DNA of 64,000 nucleotides from Candidatus Algichlamydia australiensis (GTDB lineage Bacteria; Chlamydiota; Chlamydiia; Chlamydiales; JAJFMI01): NCBI GenBank assembly GCA_033977065.1, contig JAXCHI010000003.1, positions 512,001 to 576,000 of the forward strand, read 5' to 3'. Shown piece by piece: positions 57,063 to 64,000 of this stretch (position 1 is its first letter; each line of letters starts with the position of its first letter). The notes under the pieces were generated by a model. It saw only the letters and a program-made list of their open reading frames with translations, ran no database searches and was not told where the DNA came from. The position numbers and the translations under genes were made by a program.

Positions 57063-59054
57063 ATGCAAAGAAAAATAACAGTATTTTTTTTAACTTTTTT
57101 GATTATGGGTAATACACAAAGTATGAATATTTTTACTGATATTGCAAAAGAGGAGCTCTGCCGCACTCCTGATTTTATTTCCGCAAAAATCAGTCCTGAT
57201 GGGAAACTGATTGCGAAGATTGGTGCGGATGAATTTGGGATTCCTAATGTAACCGTATCTCCTATTGATGAAGCTGGGGCAGCTTCTCCATGTTTAAGCT
57301 CGTTTAAAACTCCTGAGATTATCCAATTTTTTTGGTCTGCTGATAGTAAAAAAGTTTTACTTCTTAAGGATGAAGAGGGAAAAGGGCAGCTCCATTTGCA
57401 CGGTTTTGATGTAGAGACAAAAGAGCACACACCTTACACAAAACAGTTTTCTCAGGTAAATACAAAAGTGATTAAACTAAGCTCCACAGAGAATGTAGCT
57501 GTTGTGGGATTGAATCATCGAAATCCGCACTTTCATGACTTATATAAACTCAACTTAGATTCTGGCCAGTTTTCCCTTTTGCTTGAAAATGATACTTTTG
57601 CAAATTTTCTTTTTAGCGATGATTTAGAGGCATTTCTTAAAATAAAAATCCACGAAGATGGATCTTGGACTGCTTATTTAGACGATGATACTGTTTTTCT
57701 TAATTTAACGGCTGAAGAGGCATTTGAGACGAAATTTCTTTCGTATAATAACCAGGAAAAGCGGGTGCACTTTTTAGACAACCGTTTTTCCAATACGAAT
57801 CAGTTAACGCAGAAGAGCGTTGAGGCTCCCTATGAAGAAAAAGTTTTAGGCGGGCAAAAGTTTAGCGATGTAGATGAAGTGATCTTTTTCCAAGGAAAGC
57901 CCAAAGCATATGCCTCCTATTACACACAGAAAAAATGGCATACGATCGATTCAAAAATTCAACAAGACATAGATTTTTTGATTGAGAAGGTGGGGAGCAA
58001 TTTTACACTTGTAAGCCTTAATCAGGAGGCTAGTATTTGGATCGTTTCGAACAGCATCCCTGATAAAGGAAACTACTTTTGGATTTTTCAAAGAGATTCT
58101 CATAAACTTACACAAATTTCACCTTCAACCTCCTGCGAGCCGAAAGATTATTCTAAAATGTACGAAATGGTGGTAACAGCAAGAGATGGAAAACAGCTTG
58201 TATGTTACTACACAATTCCAAGAGAATATGATCGAGGCGGCTATCTAGATACTCCGCTTCCTCTTGTAGTCATTCCTCATGGAGGGCCATTTAAAGTACG
58301 AGACAAGTTTGAATTCAACCCCTATCATCAATGGCTTGCGAGTTGTGGGTACGCAGCTCTCAGTGTCAATTTTCGTCTCTCTTCAGGCTTTGGCAAGGAA
58401 TTTGTCAATGCTGGAAATGGAGAATGGGGTGGAAAAGCGCATTTAGACGTAATCGACGCTGTCGAAGCGTGCATAGAAAAAGGTCTAACGGAAAGAGGCA
58501 GGCAGGCTGTTTTTGGCGGTAGCTACGGAGGGTATGAATCTTTGGCCGCGCTAACTTTCACACCTAAATATTTTAACTGCTGTGTAGCAATTTGTGGTCC
58601 TTCTAACTTAAAAACCGTCCTTAAATCCACACCAGAGTTTTGGGAGTTTACCTCTAAGCCACTATCTGACGAAACCATGTTTTTTACCCGGAGAGCCTTT
58701 GTAACTAGTATGGGAGGTGATCCTAATGATGAAGAGGGGGCTAAATATTTGGAAAAGTGTTCTCCGTTGCATCATCTTAATGAGATTCAATCCCCATTAC
58801 TGCTTGTTCATGGCAAAAATGATCATGTTGTGACAGAAAATGAATCTAGGCAAATTTATGATTCCATGAAAAAAAACAATAAGGATGTAACATACATTTT
58901 CTTCCCTAACGAGGGACATCGGTTTGCAAATTATGCAAATAATTTGATGTATTTGGATCAAGCTGAGCAGTTCCTGTCTCAACACTTAGGAGGGAAGTAT
59001 CGTCCAGCTGAAAGATCACTACTTGCGGACTCAACTGGAGAAGTTTTCAGCTAA
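57063..59054 (+). CDS. S9 family (prolyl oligopeptidase / acylaminoacyl) peptidase (ORF track start 57015)
   Basis: PHGGP, GGSYGGY nucleophile, HGKNDHVV, EGH triad; N-terminal propeller. Confidence 0.93.
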   Translation: MQRKITVFFLTFLIMGNTQSMNIFTDIAKEELCRTPDFISAKISPDGKLIAKIGADEFGIPNVTVSPIDEAGAASPCLSSFKTPEIIQFFWSADSKKVLLLKDEEGKGQLHLHGFDVETKEHTPYTKQFSQVNTKVIKLSSTENVAVVGLNHRNPHFHDLYKLNLDSGQFSLLLENDTFANFLFSDDLEAFLKIKIHEDGSWTAYLDDDTVFLNLTAEEAFETKFLSYNNQEKRVHFLDNRFSNTNQLTQKSVEAPYEEKVLGGQKFSDVDEVIFFQGKPKAYASYYTQKKWHTIDSKIQQDIDFLIEKVGSNFTLVSLNQEASIWIVSNSIPDKGNYFWIFQRDSHKLTQISPSTSCEPKDYSKMYEMVVTARDGKQLVCYYTIPREYDRGGYLDTPLPLVVIPHGGPFKVRDKFEFNPYHQWLASCGYAALSVNFRLSSGFGKEFVNAGNGEWGGKAHLDVIDAVEACIEKGLTERGRQAVFGGSYGGYESLAALTFTPKYFNCCVAICGPSNLKTVLKSTPEFWEFTSKPLSDETMFFTRRAFVTSMGGDPNDEEGAKYLEKCSPLHHLNEIQSPLLLVHGKNDHVVTENESRQIYDSMKKNNKDVTYIFFPNEGHRFANYANNLMYLDQAEQFLSQHLGGKYRPAERSLLADSTGEVFS

Positions 59055-59139
59055 TTTTTTGTTATATAATAGGTAATGAGCCCGATGTTACAGCTGTTAT
59101 GTGTGATATTGCTGATGACACATTTAATTATGTTCTAGC

Positions 59140-59197
59140 GGCTCAATTTTAAGGGGGTCATATCCACAAGCTGATATTACCCCCTTAAACTGAGTCC
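59140..59197. terminator. Hairpin between convergent genes, possible bidirectional terminator
   Basis: TTTAAGGGGGT..ATATC / GATAT..ACCCCCTTAAA with outer CTCA/TGAG. Confidence 0.5.
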
Positions 59198-59258
59198 AAA
59201 AATCGACCAAAATAATCCAAAACTCAACGAAAGTTCATTTGAAGACACTCTCTATGTT

Positions 59259-59861
59259 CTATAAAAAACTGGTTAATTTCTCAAATTTTCCTGGAGCGGC
59301 GCGCTGAATATCATCTAAAAAAGCCTCTTTATCAGATGCATTCATATGTGGGAAAAGTCCGTTTAACATGGAAGTTAACTGGTTAGGAGTCATCGCTTTG
59401 TATGTAGGCTCTTCAACCATTCTTAGCTCACTATCAGTATAATGTTTTTGCAATTCGGGTAGAATCGAGGTCTCTTCCTCATGAAGATGCAGTAAATTCT
59501 CCCCAACAAATTTTCTGTAAGTTAAGTAGAGTTGATAACCTTTTTCAACTTTTTTTTCGGGAGAGCTTTCGTTATTAATTGCTTCTAACAAGTCATCAAT
59601 AAGGCGAAAAGTATCATCAAAGCTCTCATGATCTTCATGAGCGTGTAAATGTGCTTTTGAGCCTTTTTTTTCCAGGAGTGGATGAAGACGCTCCTCTTCG
59701 TATTTAGCATGTTCGTGGAGCATATGTGATACTTCCTGCCATTCAGTTTTTACGCTACTCGTTTCCTGATAGCTTCTAAAATCTGTTTTGGCAATAAGGC
59801 GCTCTAATTTGTTAAGGGCAGCACTCACATACTTATGTTCTCTATAAAATTTATATCTCAT
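59259..59861 (-). CDS. Hemerythrin/HHE cation-binding domain protein
   Basis: EHKYV, HAKYEE, HEDH, HLHEEE motifs. Confidence 0.85.
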   Translation of the reverse strand: MRYKFYREHKYVSAALNKLERLIAKTDFRSYQETSSVKTEWQEVSHMLHEHAKYEEERLHPLLEKKGSKAHLHAHEDHESFDDTFRLIDDLLEAINNESSPEKKVEKGYQLYLTYRKFVGENLLHLHEEETSILPELQKHYTDSELRMVEEPTYKAMTPNQLTSMLNGLFPHMNASDKEAFLDDIQRAAPGKFEKLTSFL

Positions 59862-60427
59862 AATTTTTCCTTTTTTGATAAATATCTTTCTAAAATATAG
59901 CCTCTTATTTCATGCAGAGGGTAGGAGGAGGGTTCGAGCATATACTCAAGAGAAATACCCTGTAATAAAGAGCGCATATAAGTGGCTTCAAGTTCAGGGT
60001 TTGAGAAGCCGAGCTCTCGGAACAAACTTTGTTCCATTTCAAATATCTTTTTAAATGTATTTTGAAATTTTTTCATGGCTTCTTGGATAGCTTTGGCTCC
60101 ATCATTACTCAAAAAGAGCAAGTTATAAAGTTTTAGCTTTTCGGTCTCTTCTTGAAGCTCTCGAAGGACGAAGTCGACAAGAAAAATAAGCTTATCTTTT
60201 GCTGATGTTAGCTGACTCATTCCCTCGACAAGTGGCAAAAAGTCCTGCAGTCGTTTTTCTGAAAAGATAACTAGGAGATCTTTTTTGTTTTTAAAGTAGT
60301 GGTAAAAAAGAGCTTTGGAAGTTCCAGCTTCTTTAGTGATGTCTGAGATGCTGCTGCCATGATATCCTTTTTTTGAGAAAACTTTCATGGCGGCATTAAG
60401 AATTACAAGTCTATTTTTATCCTTCAT
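59858..60427 (-). CDS. TetR/AcrR family transcriptional regulator
   Basis: ILNAAMKVFSKKGYHGSSISDITKEAGTSKALFYHYFKNK HTH; ATGA overlap with the hemerythrin gene. Confidence 0.95.
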   Translation of the reverse strand: MKDKNRLVILNAAMKVFSKKGYHGSSISDITKEAGTSKALFYHYFKNKKDLLVIFSEKRLQDFLPLVEGMSQLTSAKDKLIFLVDFVLRELQEETEKLKLYNLLFLSNDGAKAIQEAMKKFQNTFKKIFEMEQSLFRELGFSNPELEATYMRSLLQGISLEYMLEPSSYPLHEIRGYILERYLSKKEKL

Positions 60428-60435
60428 AAACTATG

Positions 60436-60464
60436 ACTATATCAAACGCTGACCGATCGGTCAA
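60436..60464 (-). promoter_or_regulatory. TetR promoter with overlapping palindromic operator
   Basis: TTGACC-17 nt-TATAGT; perfect palindrome TGACCGATCGGTCA (60450-60463) over the -35 box and spacer. Confidence 0.8.
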
Positions 60465-60528
60465 CACAAAGTTCGCTAAAATTGAAATTCTCTTGTTTTG
60501 AAGAATTTTTTTCCAAATAAATATACGT

Positions 60529-60693
60529 GTGAAGATTAAGCAATTTTCAAAAGTTATTCCAAAGGAGTTTCACCAAAAGATTCTTGATGAAATTTTAGAA
60601 CTGTATGGTGAAAAAACCTCTTCAAAACAGGAAAGTAAAAGAGATCAAATTACCTATTTTGATACAATGTGTAAGGTTATTGTAAAAAAGTAG
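60529..60693 (+). pseudogene. Short ORF, probable C-terminal remnant of a truncated gene
   Basis: VKIKQFSKVIPKEFHQKILDEILELY...TYFDTMCKVIVKK*; its stop TAG is part of the next gene's TAGGAGG RBS; no RBS of its own. Confidence 0.35.
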
Positions 60694-60702
60694 GAGGTCT
60701 TT

Positions 60703-61533
60703 GTGTCTTTCATCACCGTTCGAGGAAAAAAACTCTACTTTCAAGATCGAGGAGAAGGATTTCCTCTGCTTTTTGGTCATAGCTATTTGTGGTCATCCAA
60801 AATGTGGCAACTGCAACTGGATTTTTTATCAAAACACTTTCGATGTATAGCGACAGATCTTTGGGATCACGGTATCTCCGATCACTTAGGCGAAGAGTTT
60901 AGTTTAGAGTCTTGTGCCGAAGAGCACTGGCAGTTAATGCAGCACTTGGAGGTAGATGAGTTTGCAATGATTGGTCTTTCTGTCGGGGGAATGTGGGGAA
61001 CTCACTTGGCTCTGCAGCATCCAGAAGCAGTAAAAGCTCTGGTTTTGATGGATACTTTTGTGGGATCAGAGCCTAGTGTCTCTCAAAAGCGTTACTTCAA
61101 TCTACTGGATAAATTGGAGAGTGACGGTCGCTTTACGCCAGAATTTTTTGACCTGATTGCTCCTATGTTTTTCTCTCCCCATACTTTTCAAAATCAAAAA
61201 GAGTTGGTTGACAACTTTCGTAAAGAATTACTGGCAGTTGAGAGCGAGAGGATTCCTGGGATTGTAGAAATTGGGCGCAAAATTTTTTCACGAGCAGATC
61301 TGTTGCCCAAATTGAGCACAATTGAGCAGCCCTCTCTTGTGATTGTTGGTAGAGATGACCTTCCTCGTCCACCAAAAGAGTCAGAGCTTATGGCAGAGAG
61401 TTTGCCACACGCAACTTTGCAAATTGTAGAAAATGCGGGACACATCAGTAACTTGGAGCAAATAGAAGAAGTAAATTCTCTTCTTTTCAACTTTATTCAA
61501 ACGGTTTCTCAAAAGATGGAGGTAAACCAATGA
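60703..61533 (+). CDS. Alpha/beta hydrolase
   Basis: FGHSYLWS, DLWDHG, GLSVGG nucleophile elbow, GRDD, AGHISNLE. Confidence 0.92.
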   Translation: MSFITVRGKKLYFQDRGEGFPLLFGHSYLWSSKMWQLQLDFLSKHFRCIATDLWDHGISDHLGEEFSLESCAEEHWQLMQHLEVDEFAMIGLSVGGMWGTHLALQHPEAVKALVLMDTFVGSEPSVSQKRYFNLLDKLESDGRFTPEFFDLIAPMFFSPHTFQNQKELVDNFRKELLAVESERIPGIVEIGRKIFSRADLLPKLSTIEQPSLVIVGRDDLPRPPKESELMAESLPHATLQIVENAGHISNLEQIEEVNSLLFNFIQTVSQKMEVNQ

Positions 61534-62345
61534 GAAAGGTTTTTTTAACAGCAGTATTAGGGATGATCGCCCTTTTTTCAGGAGAGGGAAAGATCTCTTT
61601 TTATCCAAATCCTGAGATCGAAGGAGGACAAATTGAGGTTTATTCACAAGTCCCTGACATAACATCGAAAAAGTTGATTGTAACTTTAGGCGGAGCTGAC
61701 AATCCTGGGATTAAGTTTGATGATGAGAGAAGAACTTGGTTTGAACATTGGCTCAATAAAGGCTATTGTGTTGCACTAGTAGCTCTGCCGGGTTTTGGCG
61801 AGAGTTCTGGAAGGCGAGATCTACATGGCCCGCTATCAGTAAAAACTTTAAGTCATGCAATCGATGCCCTGATCGCCGAATATCAAATAGAGCAGACAGG
61901 GGTTATTGGTTTTGGCTATGGAGGGGCGACAGCCCTGCTTTTAACGGCCCAAAGAGATGATATCAACTGCTTAGTTTGTGCTAATGGCCTAGGCAATTTG
62001 CAGCGGATGAAGAACAATCCTTCGTGGATGTCTAGGTTTTTATCCCGGAATTATAATTTCAATTATGAAGATGAAGATGCGCTTCGCGCTCGCGTTCCTT
62101 ATTATCACGTGGATAAGATGCATACTCCACTTTATATTCTTCATCGATTTCCCCATCGTTGGGTTGACTTTGAAGGTGTAAACGAATTTGTGCAAGCAAT
62201 GAGAGAAAAAGGGAGAGAGTGCCAAGTTGCGATCCAACAAAAACGGCCTGAAGATCATCCAACCCGAGTTTCGATGGAAGAAGTTTTAGAAGTAACAGAG
62301 GAGTGGTTTGATCAGCATATGGAGAAAAATGGGCACGGGGTATGA
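61530..62345 (+). CDS. Secreted alpha/beta hydrolase-fold protein lacking the catalytic Ser
   Basis: Signal peptide, LPGFGESSG; elbow reads IGFGYGG. Confidence 0.75.
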   Translation: MRKVFLTAVLGMIALFSGEGKISFYPNPEIEGGQIEVYSQVPDITSKKLIVTLGGADNPGIKFDDERRTWFEHWLNKGYCVALVALPGFGESSGRRDLHGPLSVKTLSHAIDALIAEYQIEQTGVIGFGYGGATALLLTAQRDDINCLVCANGLGNLQRMKNNPSWMSRFLSRNYNFNYEDEDALRARVPYYHVDKMHTPLYILHRFPHRWVDFEGVNEFVQAMREKGRECQVAIQQKRPEDHPTRVSMEEVLEVTEEWFDQHMEKNGHGV

Positions 62346-63099
62346 CAGAAGCTTTGTAGAGCTTGTCGAATTTATTTATGGGGAAGGGAATCTCTCGCAA
62401 GGTGGGAGTGAGTCGACATTTTCCCAATTTGAAGGGATTGATCTTGAAGGGAAAAAGCTTTTAGATATTGGCTGCGGTCTTGGCGGTCGTGACATGGAGC
62501 TAGTCAAGGCTTTTGATGTTGACGTTACAGGAATTGATCCTGAAGCTTTTTTAATCCAGATGGCAAAAGAGCGCTTGGCGCAGAAAATGATGAAAGGTAG
62601 AGTCGATTTCCAAGTGACTAAGAATCCGCTAACGCTTTTGCAATTTGCAGATGGCTCGTTTGATGTTCTTGCAGCACGTGAGACTCTTTTGCATATTCCT
62701 GTAGAAAAAAAAGAAGCCTATTTCAAGGAGATGTTTCGAGTCTTAAAGCCAGGGGGAAAAATTACTGTCATTGATTGGATTCGCAATCGTCCCTACTCCG
62801 AAACAACCTTGAAAATGATGGAGATGGATGGTGTTGCTTTCAACATGATTCGCTCAGAAGAAGTAAAGGATCTTTTGCAAAATGCTGGTTTTAAAGGCGT
62901 GCAGATCATTGACAAAACTGAGGAAAACATTGCCGATACGGATTATTATGTGCGAAAAATTGAAAATACAAAAGATGAGTTTATTGAACGATTTGGCGCA
63001 GATGAATATGATTATTCTTTACTAAGTTGGAGTCATCAAAAGAGGGCTTTTGAAAATAGGGAAATACAGGTAGTGAAAATAATCGCGGATAAAGAATGA
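62329..63099 (+). CDS. SAM-dependent methyltransferase, phosphoethanolamine N-methyltransferase-like
   Basis: EFIYGEGNLSQGG, LDIGCGLGG, FDVLAARETLLHIP, LKPGG; GGAG RBS before ATG 62329. Confidence 0.85.
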   Translation: MGTGYDRSFVELVEFIYGEGNLSQGGSESTFSQFEGIDLEGKKLLDIGCGLGGRDMELVKAFDVDVTGIDPEAFLIQMAKERLAQKMMKGRVDFQVTKNPLTLLQFADGSFDVLAARETLLHIPVEKKEAYFKEMFRVLKPGGKITVIDWIRNRPYSETTLKMMEMDGVAFNMIRSEEVKDLLQNAGFKGVQIIDKTEENIADTDYYVRKIENTKDEFIERFGADEYDYSLLSWSHQKRAFENREIQVVKIIADKE

Positions 63100-63668
63100 C
63101 ATCATATGAAAACAAAAAATTCCAAAAAGAATTCTTTACAGAAGACTGCATTGCAAATTGCCAGTTTGAGCGTTGCGAGTTTACTGAGACGCATTTTTGG
63201 AATACTAAATTTTCTGATTGTGTATTCAAAAATTGCAACTTGCATTTGGTGAAGTTAGAGGGCTCTCGTCTGCAAAATGTCCTTTTTGAGGATTGCAAGA
63301 TTATTGGGGCTGAGTTTCATAAGTGCGATAAAAGTTTTTTTTCACCGCAATTTAAGAGTTGTATCTTAATGGGATGCAATTTTTCCGACGTGAAGATAAA
63401 ACAAGCAAGCTTTGCAAAATGCAAGATTAAAGAGTGCTTTTTTAATGGGTCGAAGCTTTTAGAATGCGATTTTCGCGAGAGCGATCTGCAGGGGAGTGTT
63501 TTTCATCACGCAGATCTTTCAAAATCAGATTTTCGCGAGGCGGTGAATTACGCGATTAATCCTCTCGTGAATACGGTAAAAAAGGCGCGGTTTTCAATGC
63601 CAGAGGTGCAATCTATGTTGAAATTTTTTGACATTCAAATAGATTCTAATTTCTTTTATGAAACATAG
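63096..63668 (+). CDS. Pentapeptide repeat protein
   Basis: Tandem x-x-F-x-x repeats (CQFER CEFTE THFWN TKFSD CVFKN...). Confidence 0.93.
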   Translation: MTSYENKKFQKEFFTEDCIANCQFERCEFTETHFWNTKFSDCVFKNCNLHLVKLEGSRLQNVLFEDCKIIGAEFHKCDKSFFSPQFKSCILMGCNFSDVKIKQASFAKCKIKECFFNGSKLLECDFRESDLQGSVFHHADLSKSDFREAVNYAINPLVNTVKKARFSMPEVQSMLKFFDIQIDSNFFYET

Positions 63669-64000
63669 CCAAACTTCCAGTAAATGAGATAGAAAAAGAG
63701 AGGAGCTGTGAAAATCAAGCTATCAATGCGGTCTAGCAAACCACCATGTCCTGGAAGAAGTCTCCCAAAATCTTTTATTTGTACATCACGTTTTAAGGCA
63801 GACATAGTTACATCTCCCAAAAAACCTCCAACTCCTACCAAAATGCCTACAAAAGTAGCAAAACCAAAGTGGGTTGGTGTTAAAAATGGGCTTAGTAATG
63901 CAGCAAAAATGATCGTTGTTAATATCCCTCCAAAGCAACCTTCATAAGTTTTTTTTGGGCTAATTAATGGAACGATTTTACGCTTTCCAAAAAGCTTTCC
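63656..64000 (-). CDS. Second phosphatidate cytidylyltransferase (YnbB-like), C-terminal part, start outside the window
   Basis: Frame open from 64000: GKLFGKRKIVPLISPKKTYEG...GDVTMSALKRD...LPGHGGLLDRIDSL. Confidence 0.9.
   Translation of the reverse strand, partial: GKLFGKRKIVPLISPKKTYEGCFGGILTTIIFAALLSPFLTPTHFGFATFVGILVGVGGFLGDVTMSALKRDVQIKDFGRLLPGHGGLLDRIDSLIFTAPLFFYLIYWKFGYVS

Noticed and set aside
54489..64000. Prophage or ICE at tRNA-Leu
   Set aside because: No integrase, phage structural, relaxase or conjugation genes visible in the window

Overview
Chromosomal segment of an environmental member of the phylum Chlamydiae. The assignment rests on Chlamydia-type gene order (secDF/uppS/cdsA/cmk/plsC; trxA-trmL-mip-aspS-hisS-uhpC-dnaE-bamD-lptE-rsbW-dacC; lnt-lpxC-fabZ-lpxA-fmt; the S10/spc/alpha ribosomal cluster followed by gap and a GrgA/CT504 homolog) and on chlamydia-specific proteins. 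Accessory DNA interrupts this backbone at four places. (1) A GNAT acetyltransferase plus tandem-ASCH gene pair at 3.8-5.2 kb. (2) An AT-rich ~10 kb insertion between hisS and uhpC carrying a three-gene operon with overlapping or abutting stop/start codons: a Zn-metallophospholipase C-like protein and two paralogous ~1,225-aa P-loop GTPase/coiled-coil proteins. This is the best candidate for an undescribed system. (3) Two orphan membrane proteins between fmt and rplC. (4) An accessory region downstream of tRNA-Leu(TAA): YVTN beta-propeller and divergent beta-barrel OMP, S9 peptidase, TetR-hemerythrin, two alpha/beta hydrolases, a phosphoethanolamine-methyltransferase-like gene, a pentapeptide-repeat gene and a second cdsA. 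The intergenic spaces hold many 80-165 bp palindromic elements, several with target-site duplications; one splits the Walker A region of a decayed ATPase gene. Many genes have a -10 box only 6-9 nt upstream of the ATG, suggesting leaderless mRNAs. All calls come from motif recognition by eye; no searches were run.
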